From positions 1-33,324 of the forward strand of contig JAKFWE010000170.1 of assembly GCA_021732895.1 (NCBI GenBank): a DNA stretch of 33,324 bases. The letters are read 5' to 3'. The notes under the pieces were generated by a model that worked only from the letters and a program-made list of their open reading frames with translations, was not told where the DNA came from and made no database searches. Source of the DNA: Bosea sp. (in: a-proteobacteria) (GTDB lineage: Bacteria; Pseudomonadota; Alphaproteobacteria; Rhizobiales; Beijerinckiaceae). This document shows positions 7,684-17,046 of the stretch, piece after piece. The translations under genes were made by a program, and so were the position numbers. Every line of letters starts with the position of its first letter. The first letter of the stretch is position 1.

Positions 7684-8541
7684 GTGGTGGAGTTCGTCTC
7701 TCTCGGCGAGGGCGTCGAGGCGGTGCTGAGCGATGGCTGCTCCGTCGCGATGGAGGGCTTCACCCATCTCATTCCCCACGCCGCGGGCCATGAGGCGATC
7801 CGCCAGGGCAAGAAGCGCCTGACTCTGATCCGGATGACGCCCGATCTGGTCTACGATCAGATGATCGGCATGGGCTGCGCCGAGAAGCTGGTGTTCTCAT
7901 GGGGCGGCAATCCCGGCGTCGGCTCGCTGCACCGGTTTCGCGACGCGGTCGAGAATGGCTGGCCGCACCCGCTGGCGCTGGAGGAGCACAGCCACGCCGC
8001 GATGGCCAACGCCTACGAGGCCGGCGCGGCGAACCTGCCCTTCGCGGTCTTTCGCGGCTACAAGGGTGTCGATCTGCCGGCGGTCAACCCGGCGATCAGA
8101 TCCGTCACCTGTCCCTACACCGGGGAAGTCCTGGCCACCGTGCCGGCCCTGCGCCCCGACGCCGCGATCATCCACGCCCAGAAGGCCGACCGCGAGGGCA
8201 ACGTCCTGCTCGAGGGCATCGTCGGCGTGCAGAAAGAGGCGGTGCTGGCGGCGAAGCGCTCGCTCGTCACCGTCGAGGAGATCGTCGAGGATTTCGGCCC
8301 GCGCAACGCCAACGCCGTGATCCTGCCGGCCTGGACCGTGACGGCGATCGCCCATGTTCCCGGCGGGGCGTATCCGTCCTACGCGCAGGGCTACTCGAAG
8401 CGAGCCAACGACTTCTACATCGCCTGGGACAAGATCGCCCGCGAGCGCGAAACCTTTCTGGCGTGGATGAAGGAGCATGTGCTGGAGCAGGGGCCGGAGG
8501 CTTTTGCGCGGCATGCGGGTGCGAAGCGGGCGGCGGCGTGA
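7684..8541 (+). CDS. pcaI: 3-oxoadipate CoA-transferase subunit A (CatI/GctA-like type)
   Basis: EGFTHLIPHAAGHE, RMTPDLVYDQMIGMGC, FSWGGNPGVGSLHRFRDAVE and HAQKADREGNV, in pca context. Confidence 0.9.
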   Translation: MVEFVSLGEGVEAVLSDGCSVAMEGFTHLIPHAAGHEAIRQGKKRLTLIRMTPDLVYDQMIGMGCAEKLVFSWGGNPGVGSLHRFRDAVENGWPHPLALEEHSHAAMANAYEAGAANLPFAVFRGYKGVDLPAVNPAIRSVTCPYTGEVLATVPALRPDAAIIHAQKADREGNVLLEGIVGVQKEAVLAAKRSLVTVEEIVEDFGPRNANAVILPAWTVTAIAHVPGGAYPSYAQGYSKRANDFYIAWDKIARERETFLAWMKEHVLEQGPEAFARHAGAKRAAA

Positions 8542-8572
8542 CGAGGCTCGACCTTTCAGAATCAAGCGCGAG

Positions 8573-8712
8573 GAACCCTTCTCCCGAGCGGGAGAAGGGC
8601 AGGGATGAGGGCAGGTCCTCCCAGAATAAATCTCTGGGAACGCATGAGGAGTGCTCGATCCTGAATCGTCCAGCCCTCACCCCTGCCCCTCTCCCACTCG
8701 GGAGAGGGGTTC
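8573..8712. repeat. REP-doublet/MITE-like palindromic element with 40-bp terminal inverted repeats
   Basis: Arms 8573-8612 and 8673-8712 are inverted copies (36/40 match). Each arm has its own 10-bp hairpin: CCCTTCTCCC-GAGC-GGGAGAAGGG and CCCCTCTCCC-ACTC-GGGAGAGGGG. Confidence 0.85.
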
Positions 8713-8740
8713 TTGCAGCGCCTTATTCGGAAGCGAGGCA

Positions 8741-9511
8741 ATGACCGCCACCCCCACCGAAATGATGACGATCGCAGCCGCGCGCCTCCTCAGCGACGAC
8801 GACGTCTGCTTCGTCGGCATCGGCGCGCCCTCGGCCGCCTGCAACCTCGCCCGCCTCACGCATGCGCCGAAGATCACGCTGATCTACGAATCCGGCACGC
8901 TCTCGACGCGGCCTTCGGTGCTGCCGCTCTCGATCGGCGACGGCGAGCTTTGCGACACGGCGCTGACCACCGTCTCGGTGCCGGAGATGTTCCGTTACTG
9001 GCTCCAGGGAGGACGCATCACCATCGGTTTCCTCGGCGGGGCGCAGATCGACCGCTTCGCCAATCTCAACACCACGGTCGTCGGCCCCTACGACGCGCCG
9101 AAGGTCCGCCTGCCCGGCGGCGGCGGCGCCCCCGAGATCGCCAGCAGTTGCGGCCAGATCTTCATCACCATGGCGATGGGCTCGCGCGCTTTCGTGGACG
9201 CGCTGCCCTTCGTCACATCGTTCGGGCACGGCAAGGGCAAGGGCGACCGCGCGGCGCTCGGGTTGAAGACGAAGGGACCGACCAAGGTCATCACCGATCT
9301 CTGCGTGATGGAGCCCGACCCGGAAACGGCCGAGCTCACCGTGGTCTCGCTGCATCAGGGTGTGGCGCGGGCGCAGGTCGAGGCCGGCTGCGGCTGGCCC
9401 TTGCGCTTCGCGGCGCGCCTGTCGGAGACTCCGGCCGCGACCGAAACGGAGCTCGCCGTGCTGCGCGACCTGCACGCCCGCACGAAGCGAGCCCATGGAG
9501 CGGCGGCATGA
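8741..9511 (+). CDS. pcaJ: 3-oxoadipate CoA-transferase subunit B (CatJ-like type)
   Basis: Start MTATPTEMMTIAAAR after GAGG. Motifs CFVGIGAPS, LIYESG (catalytic Glu), GGAQIDRFANLNTT and RLPGGGGAPEIA. Confidence 0.9.
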   Translation: MTATPTEMMTIAAARLLSDDDVCFVGIGAPSAACNLARLTHAPKITLIYESGTLSTRPSVLPLSIGDGELCDTALTTVSVPEMFRYWLQGGRITIGFLGGAQIDRFANLNTTVVGPYDAPKVRLPGGGGAPEIASSCGQIFITMAMGSRAFVDALPFVTSFGHGKGKGDRAALGLKTKGPTKVITDLCVMEPDPETAELTVVSLHQGVARAQVEAGCGWPLRFAARLSETPAATETELAVLRDLHARTKRAHGAAA

Positions 9512-10218
9512 GCCTGATCTATCCGCGAGAGAGCGCCGCAATCCATCCGGCCAACGCCTCGCCCGAATACAAATCGACGCTGAAACGCGCCCCGTCGCAG
9601 CCGCTGGTCATGCTGCCGCACAGCCTGTCTGAGACGACGGGGCCCGTCTTCGGCCATGCCGACGTTTCCGAGCTCGATTCGGACCTGACCCGCCGGCATG
9701 AAGGCGAGCCGATCGGCGAACGCATCATCGTCACCGGCCGGGTGCTCGACGAGGACGGGCGGCCGGTCCCGAAAACGCTGGTCGAGATCTGGCAGGCGAA
9801 TTCGACCGGCCGCTACGTTCATGTCCGCGACCAGCACCCTGCCCCGCTCGACCCCAACTTCACCGGAGCCGGGCGCGCCCTGACCGATTCCGACGGGCGT
9901 TATCGATTCGTCACGATCAAGCCCGGCGCCTACCCCTGGGGCAACCACCACAACGCCTGGCGGCCGGCCCATATCCATTTCTCGCTGTTTGGCCCGAGCT
10001 TCCTCTCGCGCGTGATCACGCAGATGTATTTCCCCGGCGATCCGCTGTTCAGATATGACCCGATCTTCCAGTCGATCACCGATGAGAACGCCCGCGCGCG
10101 CCTCGTCTCGCGCTTCGACATCGAGGCGACGGAGCCGCAATGGGCGCTGGCCTATCAGTTCGACATCGTCCTGCGCGGCCGGAACGCGACGCCGACGGAA
10201 GAGCCGCATGAGCACTGA
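9508..10218 (+). CDS. pcaH: Protocatechuate 3,4-dioxygenase beta subunit
   Basis: ATGA overlap with pcaJ. EIWQANSTGRY, KPGAYPWGNHHNAWRPAHIHFSLFG and TQMYFPGDPL carry the Tyr/His iron ligands. Confidence 0.96.
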   Translation: MSLIYPRESAAIHPANASPEYKSTLKRAPSQPLVMLPHSLSETTGPVFGHADVSELDSDLTRRHEGEPIGERIIVTGRVLDEDGRPVPKTLVEIWQANSTGRYVHVRDQHPAPLDPNFTGAGRALTDSDGRYRFVTIKPGAYPWGNHHNAWRPAHIHFSLFGPSFLSRVITQMYFPGDPLFRYDPIFQSITDENARARLVSRFDIEATEPQWALAYQFDIVLRGRNATPTEEPHEH

Positions 10219-10798
10219 CAGGCCAAGCGGTTCGGAGGAAGCCCGCCTCACGCCGTCCCAGACCATCGGCCCGTTCTTCGCCTACGCGCTGACGCCGCGG
10301 GCCTATGGCGGGGCGGAGCTCGCGACCGGGGCGATGGCGGGCGACGGCGTCCCCGGCGAGCGCATCCGCGTCGCCGGCGTAGTTCTCGACGGCGACGGGG
10401 CGGTGGTGACCGACGCCATGCTGGAATTCTGGCAGGCGGACGCGCAGGGCCGTTTCCATGCGACGGGCAACGCCGGCTTCACCGGCTTCGGCAGGGTCGA
10501 GACGACGACCGAGGGCGGCTATTCCATCGAAACGATCAGACCGGGCGCATTGCCGGGCTCGGACGGCGCCATGCAGGCGCCGCATCTGACCGTTTCCGTC
10601 TTTGCGCGCGGCGTGCTGACCCGGCTGATGACGCGGATCTATTTCTCCGACGAGCCCGCCAACCAGACGGATCCGGTGCTCGCGCTGGTTCCGGCGGAGC
10701 GCCGCGACACGCTGATCGCCCGGCGCGGCGAAGACGGTGTCTTCCGCCTCGACATCCGGCTGCAGGGCGCAGGCGAAACGGTGTTCTTCGAGGCCTGA
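10208..10798 (+). CDS. pcaG: Protocatechuate 3,4-dioxygenase alpha subunit
   Basis: TPSQTIGPFF, EFWQADAQG, QAPHLTVSVFARGVL..L.TRIYF and DIRLQGAGETVFF. Confidence 0.95.
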   Translation: MSTDRPSGSEEARLTPSQTIGPFFAYALTPRAYGGAELATGAMAGDGVPGERIRVAGVVLDGDGAVVTDAMLEFWQADAQGRFHATGNAGFTGFGRVETTTEGGYSIETIRPGALPGSDGAMQAPHLTVSVFARGVLTRLMTRIYFSDEPANQTDPVLALVPAERRDTLIARRGEDGVFRLDIRLQGAGETVFFEA

Positions 10799-10877
10799 GA
10801 CCGCGCGGCCTGCCTGGGCTTGACCCGGGCGTCTCCGGCAGGGGAATCTCGCGCCGCCACGCCGGACCGGAGCCGCC

Positions 10878-11774
10878 ATGCCTGCCCCCCTGATCGCGCT
10901 CGACTGGGGCACCACGCGCGCCCGCGCCTTCCTGATCGACGGGGACGGCGCGGTGCGCGAGCGCCGCAGCGCCGACCAGGGCGTCCAGTCCGTGCCGGAA
11001 GGCGGCTTCCCGGCCGCCTTCGCAGGGCTCGCCGGCGATCTGCGACGCGCCGCGCCCGAGGCCGCGATCCTGCTCGCAGGCATGGTCGGCAGCCGCAACG
11101 GCTGGGTCGAAGCGCCTTATGTCGCCTGCCCGGCCGCGCCCGCCGACATCGCGTCGGCCGCGATTACGGTCGCGCTCGGCGACGGCGGCAAGGCGGCCGT
11201 GCTGCCCGGGCTGTCCTGCGACGACGGCGCCTTCGACGTGATGCGCGGCGAGGAGACGCTGATCGTCGGGCTGGGCCTCGCGGACGGCCTCGTCTGCCTG
11301 CCGGGCACGCACGCCAAATGGGCGCTGGTCGAGGGCGGCCGAATCGCCCGCTTCGCCAGCTTCATGACCGGGGAGGTTTACGGACTCCTGCGCCAGCATT
11401 CGATCCTGGCGCGGCTGGCGGCCGAGCCGGTGGGCGACGACGCCGCGACCGGGACCGCTCTCGGGCTTTCGGCGGCGCGGCGGCCGGGCGGGCTGCTGAA
11501 CGCCGCCTTCGCCGCCCGCACCGAAGTGCTGGCGGGACGCATGGCGCCCGGCGCCGTCGGGCCGTATCTCTCGGCGCTGGTCGTCGGCCACGAGATCGCC
11601 GGCGCGAAGGCGCTTTTCGCCGGGGCGGGGATGCTCTCCCTGGTCGCCGACGGGGCGCTCGCCGAAAGCTATGGCGCGGCGCTGACCGCGGCGGAGCTGC
11701 CCTTCTCGCTGACCACGCCGGAGGCCGCCTTCGTCGCCGGCGCGCGCCGGCTCGCAGCGGAAATGGCAAGATGA
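10878..11774 (+). CDS. dgoK: 2-dehydro-3-deoxygalactonokinase
   Basis: ALDWGTT, GMVGSRNGWVEAPY, DVMRGEET, CLPGTHAKW and FMTGE are DGOK family motifs. Confidence 0.9.
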   Translation: MPAPLIALDWGTTRARAFLIDGDGAVRERRSADQGVQSVPEGGFPAAFAGLAGDLRRAAPEAAILLAGMVGSRNGWVEAPYVACPAAPADIASAAITVALGDGGKAAVLPGLSCDDGAFDVMRGEETLIVGLGLADGLVCLPGTHAKWALVEGGRIARFASFMTGEVYGLLRQHSILARLAAEPVGDDAATGTALGLSAARRPGGLLNAAFAARTEVLAGRMAPGAVGPYLSALVVGHEIAGAKALFAGAGMLSLVADGALAESYGAALTAAELPFSLTTPEAAFVAGARRLAAEMAR

Positions 11775-12682
11775 TCGTCGTCTTCGGCTCGCTCAACCTC
11801 GATCTGGTCACGCCAGTGGCGCGCCTGCCCGGACCGGGCGAGACGGCGGCGGGACCGGGCTACAGCCTGCATCCCGGCGGCAAGGGCGCGAACCAGGCGC
11901 TGGCGGCGCGGCGCGCCGGGGCCGAGGTCGCGCTGGTCGGCGCGGTCGGGCGCGACGGCTTCGCCGAGATCGCGCTGTCGCTGCTCGCGGCCGACGGCGT
12001 CGATCTCAGCCGCGTCGCGCGCCTCGATGCGCCGACCGGAGCGGCCTTCATCGCGGTGGACGACGCGGGCCAGAACCAGATCGTCGTCGCGTCCGGCGCG
12101 AACGCGCTCGCGCGGGCCGATGCGCTCGCCGGCATGGGGCTCGGCCCGGCCGACACCCTGCTGCTGCAGCGCGAGACGCCCGAACGCGAATGCATCCGCG
12201 CCGCGCAGGCGATGAAGCGGGCCGGCGGCCGGGTCGTCCTGAATCTCGCGCCGGCCGGCGCGCCGGCGCCCGAACTGCTGTCCTGCACGGACCTGCTGAT
12301 CGTCAATGAAGGCGAGGCGACGGTTCTGGCGGAGGCTCTCGGCTGGGCCGGGCGCGACGCCGAGGCGACCGCGCGGCGCATCGACGGCGAGCGCGGCGTC
12401 GGCTGCATCGTCACGCTCGGCGGCGAAGGGCTCGTCGCCTGGCTGGGCGGCGAACGCCACCGCCTGCCGGCCCCGCCGGTCGTGGTGATCGACACCGTCG
12501 CGGCCGGAGACAGCTTCACCGGCGCATTCGCGGCGGCGCTCGACGGCGGCGCCGGCTTTTCGGCGGCGCTGCGCTTCGGCCTCGCCGCCGGTTCGCTCGC
12601 CTGCACGAGGCGAGGCGCGCAACCCAGCGTGCCGCGCCGCGCCGAGATCGAGGCGTTGGCCGGGACGACATGGCCGTGGTGA
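11771..12682 (+). CDS. Ribokinase/PfkB family sugar kinase
   Basis: ATGA overlap with dgoK. VFGSLNLD, PGGKGANQALAARRAG, IVNEGEA and DTVAAGDSFTGA. Substrate not determinable from sequence. Confidence 0.9.
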   Translation: MIVVFGSLNLDLVTPVARLPGPGETAAGPGYSLHPGGKGANQALAARRAGAEVALVGAVGRDGFAEIALSLLAADGVDLSRVARLDAPTGAAFIAVDDAGQNQIVVASGANALARADALAGMGLGPADTLLLQRETPERECIRAAQAMKRAGGRVVLNLAPAGAPAPELLSCTDLLIVNEGEATVLAEALGWAGRDAEATARRIDGERGVGCIVTLGGEGLVAWLGGERHRLPAPPVVVIDTVAAGDSFTGAFAAALDGGAGFSAALRFGLAAGSLACTRRGAQPSVPRRAEIEALAGTTWPW

Positions 12683-12815
12683 CCTTCGGTTAAGCCTGAT
12701 CGCCTTCGCGCCGGCCGAAAGCGGCGAAGCGCTCAAAAGCCGGCGCCGGCCTTCATCTTTCCGCAGTCACTTGGCCCCAGCCTCCCGGGAGCAGACGGCG
12801 AAGGGATCGCGCGGC

Positions 12816-13361
12816 ATGTCGCAAAGACCGATCATCTGGGCGCTGGGCATCGCGTTCGCGGTCGGCTTCGGCGGCCTGCATTACGGAACCAGGCTCGCGG
12901 GACTGACCAGCGACGAGCCCCCGGGCGTCGCCATGGTCACGGCGGCGGGCGGCCCTGCCGCGACCGCGGCCGCGCCGCAGCCGGCCGGCCCGCCGACGCT
13001 GACGGTCGCGGCCGACTCGCGCGGCCACTACATCGTGCACCCCTCGATCGACAATTTCCGCGTGCGCATGCTGGTCGACAGCGGCGCGAGCTTCGTCGCG
13101 CTGACCGAGCGCGACGCGATCTCGCTCGGCATCCGGCCTGCGCGATCCGACTACAAGGTCATGCTGAAGACGGCCAACGGCATCGTGCGCGGGGCGCGGG
13201 TCAACCTGCGCGAGGTCCGCCTCGGCGCGATCCTGGTGAGGAACGTCGAGGCCGTCGTGCTGCCCGACCGGGCGCTCTCGATGAGCCTGCTGGGAACCTC
13301 GTTCCTGGCCAAGCTCAGGGGCTACGAGGTCCAGACCGGCCGGATGATCCTGCGCGGCTGA
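12816..13361 (+). CDS. Clan AA retropepsin-like aspartic protease (TIGR02281-like)
   Basis: N-terminal hydrophobic anchor. [23 protein letters not shown] and SLLGTSFL. Confidence 0.88.
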   Translation: MSQRPIIWALGIAFAVGFGGLHYGTRLAGLTSDEPPGVAMVTAAGGPAATAAAPQPAGPPTLTVAADSRGHYIVHPSIDNFRVRMLVDSGASFVALTERDAISLGIRPARSDYKVMLKTANGIVRGARVNLREVRLGAILVRNVEAVVLPDRALSMSLLGTSFLAKLRGYEVQTGRMILRG

Positions 13362-13455
13362 GGCTGAGGCTGCGGCCGACGCCGCGAACCTTGACGCACG
13401 CCGCGCCATCCGCCATCGCTCCCGCGCGTTTCAACACCCGCCGGAGCCGCAGTCC

Positions 13456-14313
13456 ATGTCCAAGGCCGCCATGTCCACGACCGATCTCGCCACGACCGTC
13501 GACGCCGCCTGGGAGGCGCGCGCCGAGATCGGGACCGGCACGAAGGGCGCGGTGCGCGAGGCGGTCGAGCAGGCGATCGAGATGCTCGATTCGGGTGAGG
13601 CCCGGGTCGCCGAGAAGGTCGATGGCGACTGGGTCGTGCATCAGTGGCTGAAGAAGGCGGTGCTGCTCTCCTTCCGCCTGACCGACAACATGCTGATCGC
13701 CAACGGCCCCGGCGAGGGCGTGTTCTGGGACAAGGTGCCGTCCAAGTTCGCCGGCTGGGGCGAGAACCGCTTTCGCGCCGCCGGCTTCCGCGTCGTGCCG
13801 CCGGCGGCGGCGCGCAAGGGCTCGTTCATCGCCCAGAACGTCGTGCTGATGCCGTCCTTCGTCAATATCGGCGCCCATGTCGATTCGGGCACGATGGTCG
13901 ACACCTGGGCGACGGTCGGCTCCTGCGCCCAGATCGGCAAGAATGTGCATCTGTCGGGCGGGGTCGGCATCGGCGGCGTGCTCGAGCCGCTGCAGGCCAA
14001 CCCGACCATCATCGAGGACAACTGCTTCATCGGCGCGCGCTCCGAGGTGGTCGAGGGCGTCATCGTCGGCGAAGGCTGCGTGCTCTCGATGGGCGTCTTC
14101 ATCTCGGCCTCGACCAAGATCGTCGATCGCGCCACCGGCGCGGTGCATGTCGGCAAGGTGCCGCCCTATTCGGTGGTGGTGCCCGGCTCGCTGCCGGGCA
14201 GGCCCTTCCCCGACGGCACGCAAGGCCCCTCTCTGTCCTGCGCCGTGATCGTCAAGACGGTCGATGCGCAGACGCGCTCCAAGACCGGCATCAACGAGCT
14301 GCTGCGGGATTGA
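13456..14313 (+). CDS. dapD: Tetrahydrodipicolinate N-succinyltransferase
   Basis: [60 protein letters not shown] and [10 protein letters not shown]. Start could be 13471. Confidence 0.98.
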   Translation: MSKAAMSTTDLATTVDAAWEARAEIGTGTKGAVREAVEQAIEMLDSGEARVAEKVDGDWVVHQWLKKAVLLSFRLTDNMLIANGPGEGVFWDKVPSKFAGWGENRFRAAGFRVVPPAAARKGSFIAQNVVLMPSFVNIGAHVDSGTMVDTWATVGSCAQIGKNVHLSGGVGIGGVLEPLQANPTIIEDNCFIGARSEVVEGVIVGEGCVLSMGVFISASTKIVDRATGAVHVGKVPPYSVVVPGSLPGRPFPDGTQGPSLSCAVIVKTVDAQTRSKTGINELLRD

Positions 14314-14590
14314 GCGGCACGGCCGGCCGGCGACGCGCGCGCCGGCCCGGACGCATCTCCCGGCCGTCGCCTTCGCTGCCTCGACGGCGGCGCCCGGCCG
14401 CAGGTTCCGACGCGCTGATCCCTCGTGACGCCGCTCTTCCAGCAGCGGGGCGGCAGGGCCGATCGGCGCCGGGGTCCGGGCGGCGCGGGCAACGCGCGGC
14501 CGGCATTCCCGAAAGCGGCTAACCGGCGCCGGCGCGGCGGCGTAGGACGTCGTCCATGGCAGGACGCGGATCAGGACGAGCCCGGCGCGG

Positions 14591-15697
14591 ATGAGGCGAC
14601 TGATTTCCGATTTCGTCGACGGCGTGCGCTCGCTGTCGCCCGCCCGCTTTCCCTGGCCGCGCTTCGCGCTGGCGCTGGCCCTGGGCGGCGCCGGCGGCTG
14701 GCTGTTCGCGCTGGCGCGGCTGCCGCTGCCCTGGATGCTCGGCTCGATGGTGTTCTGCACCGCGGCGGCGCTGATTCGCGCCCCGATCGCCGCGCCTGGC
14801 GTCATCCGCCCGCCGATGACGGCGGTGATCGGCGTCATGCTCGGGGCCGGTTTCAGGCCCGAACTGATCGCGCAACTGCCGAACTGGCTGCCGACCCTGG
14901 CCGGGCTCGTTCTGTTCATGGCGGCCTGCGCCGCCTCCTGCGTCGTCTATTTCCGCCGCGTCGCCGGCTTCGACCCGACCACCGCCTTCTTCGCCGGCAT
15001 GCCCGGCGGCCTGATGGAGATGGTCATTATCGGCGAGGAGAAGGGCGGCGACGCGCGCATCATCGCGCTGATCCATTCGGCCCGCATCCTGCTCGTGGTG
15101 ATGACGCTGCCCTTCATCGTGCAGGCGATCGAGGGCGTCTCGCTAGGGGCCACGCGGGCCTCGGGTCCCTCGCTGGCGCAGACGCCGCTTCCGGCGCATC
15201 TCTGGCTGATCGGCTGCGGCGTGGCCGGCGTCGTCCTCGGCGAATTGCTGCGGCTGCCGGCCAAATTCCTGCTCGGGCCGATGCTGGCGAGCGCCGTGGT
15301 GCATCTCTTCGGCCTGAGCGACTCCGTGCCGCCCTTCGAGATCGTCAACGCGGCGCAGCTCATTCTCGGCGTCACCATCGGGGCTCGCTTCGTCGGCACG
15401 CCGCCGCGCACGATCCTGCGCGTGCTGGCGCTCTCCTGCGGCTCGACGGTCATCCTGCTGTTCTGGACGCTGGCCTTCGCCTATGCGGTGTCGCGGTTCG
15501 CCGCATTCGGCCCGGTGCCGCTGCTGCTGGCTTATTCGCCAGGCGGCCTCGCCGAAATGAGCCTGATCGCGGTGGCGCTGCACGCCGAGGTCGCCTTCGT
15601 CGCGGCGCATCACATCATCCGGGTCTTCCTTGTGATGATCGGCGCCGGGCCGCTCTTCGGGTTGATCGGCGGAAAGCGGCCGGTGGTCGGCGAGTAG
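14591..15697 (+). CDS. AbrB family membrane protein (duplicated membrane domain, 'putative ammonia monooxygenase')
   Basis: Two repeats, LPLPWMLGSM...MPGGLMEMV...HSARI and LPAKFLLGPM...SPGGLAEMS...HHIIRV. Confidence 0.88.
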   Translation: MRRLISDFVDGVRSLSPARFPWPRFALALALGGAGGWLFALARLPLPWMLGSMVFCTAAALIRAPIAAPGVIRPPMTAVIGVMLGAGFRPELIAQLPNWLPTLAGLVLFMAACAASCVVYFRRVAGFDPTTAFFAGMPGGLMEMVIIGEEKGGDARIIALIHSARILLVVMTLPFIVQAIEGVSLGATRASGPSLAQTPLPAHLWLIGCGVAGVVLGELLRLPAKFLLGPMLASAVVHLFGLSDSVPPFEIVNAAQLILGVTIGARFVGTPPRTILRVLALSCGSTVILLFWTLAFAYAVSRFAAFGPVPLLLAYSPGGLAEMSLIAVALHAEVAFVAAHHIIRVFLVMIGAGPLFGLIGGKRPVVGE

Positions 15698-15706
15698 CGG
15701 CTTCGT

Positions 15707-16882
15707 CTACCCACCTTTGGTCCGCGCCAGCCCCTGCTCCAGCGCCGCAGCCAGAGCCGCACGCTGCCGCGCCATGAAGGCTTCGCCGTCGCCGCGCAGC
15801 GCGCGACCCGTTCGCGCCGCCGCCACGGCCGCGACCACCGCGTCGGCGAAGTCTCGCGGCGTCTCCGCGATCGCGAAATTTGCCGGCGTTTCGGAAAAGC
15901 CCCGGCACGACAGCGGCGTCGCGACGGCGGGCGCGCCGAGCTGCATCGCCTCGATCGTCTTGAGCTGCACGCCGGTGCCGGCGCGGCTGGTCAACGCCAC
16001 GACGCCGCAGGACATCAGGAAGGCGTCGGCGTCGGGCACGCGTCCGAGCAGCCTGACCTGCGGCGGCGCCGGCGGGGCGTCGGCCGGCAGGCGGCCGGCG
16101 ACGGCGACCGTGACGTCCGCCGGCAACAGCGGGCAGACCTCGCGCAGGAACCAGTCGAGCCCGATGAAGTTCGGCGTCCAGGTCCAGGTGCCGATCAGCC
16201 CGACATCATGGGCGGGCGCCGACCCGCCGGCCTGCGTCGCCGGTCGCGGCCTCGCCGTCGAGACCAGCGGCAGCACCGCCGATCTGTCCCGTCGCTCCGG
16301 ACCCAGGGCCGCGCGATCCTCCTCGGCCAGCGTCCAGATGAATCGGGCCTCGTCCCAGAGCCGCCTCTCGATCGCCTCGAGCAGGCGCGCCTCGCGGGCG
16401 TAGAGCCAGCGCAGCAGCGGGTTGCCGGCATGGGCGGCGCTCTGCCGCGCCGAGACGTATTCGATGTTGTGCTCGACCAGTACGCAGGGCGCGAGCGTGG
16501 CGAATTCCGGGAACGCGCCCGGCGGCATCACCGAATTCAGCACCAGCGCATCGAACGGACCCCGCGCCCTGACGGCCTCGATCCAGCGGCCCTGTCCGGC
16601 CATTCTCAGCTTGGCGCAGGCGACCGGCAGGCCTGCGATCAGGGCGCGGCCGAGCCAGGCGAGCTTGCGCGAGGCCGGGACGGCGGCGTTCTCGATGTCG
16701 AGCCTGGCGATGACGACCGCGCCCGCCGGATCGGCCGGCGCCTCGCCCGGCCGCAGGAAGCCGAAGCAGACGACCTCGTGACCGGCGCCGCGCAAGGCGT
16801 CGAGGATCGCGGCGTTGGCGATCTCGAAGCCGGTGTCGGGTCTGGCGACCGGGATCAGCGAGGTGATGAAGGCGAGCCGCAC
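15707..16882 (-). CDS. Glycosyltransferase, GT-B fold (GT4-like)
   Basis: Likely GTG start MRLAFITSLIP. Motifs EHNIE, GLDWFLREV, GRVPDA and GTGVQLKTIEAMQLGAPAVAT. Confidence 0.85.
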   Translation of the reverse strand: MRLAFITSLIPVARPDTGFEIANAAILDALRGAGHEVVCFGFLRPGEAPADPAGAVVIARLDIENAAVPASRKLAWLGRALIAGLPVACAKLRMAGQGRWIEAVRARGPFDALVLNSVMPPGAFPEFATLAPCVLVEHNIEYVSARQSAAHAGNPLLRWLYAREARLLEAIERRLWDEARFIWTLAEEDRAALGPERRDRSAVLPLVSTARPRPATQAGGSAPAHDVGLIGTWTWTPNFIGLDWFLREVCPLLPADVTVAVAGRLPADAPPAPPQVRLLGRVPDADAFLMSCGVVALTSRAGTGVQLKTIEAMQLGAPAVATPLSCRGFSETPANFAIAETPRDFADAVVAAVAAARTGRALRGDGEAFMARQRAALAAALEQGLARTKGG

Positions 16883-17046
16883 GCGTCGATGGTCCCCGGG
16901 CCACAAGGCGCCGCAGCCAGCCTTCGGCTTCGGCGAAAGGTCAAGCGCCGCGTCGATCCATCCTGAACACGCGGTTGCGCGACGTCCGGCCGAATCGGCG
17001 AAAGCCCTCACCGAACCTTAAGTCGTCCCTGCGCAAGCTGGCGACC

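Noticed and set aside
8573-8712. Repeat as CRISPR array or IS element
   Set aside because: Only two inverted units, with no direct repeat-spacer periodicity, cas gene or transposase.
8651-8740. N-terminal extensions of pcaJ (MLDPESSSPHPCPSPTRERG) and the 8713 start of the pcaH ORF
   Set aside because: These are read-through of the palindromic repeat or an overlapping frame. Real starts with RBS or coupling are at 8741 and 9508.
10820-11770. Apparent 620-aa PfkB fusion
   Set aside because: The upstream part is an alternate frame over dgoK. The kinase starts at the ATGA overlap at 11771.
12816-13361. Retropepsin-like protease as sign of a retroelement or prophage
   Set aside because: This is a common chromosomal alphaproteobacterial family, with no RT, integrase or phage genes nearby.
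14314-14540. GC-rich gap after dapD as ncRNA or riboswitch
   Set aside because: No recognisable riboswitch or sRNA motif. Pairing potential is expected at this GC content. An Rfam search would settle it.
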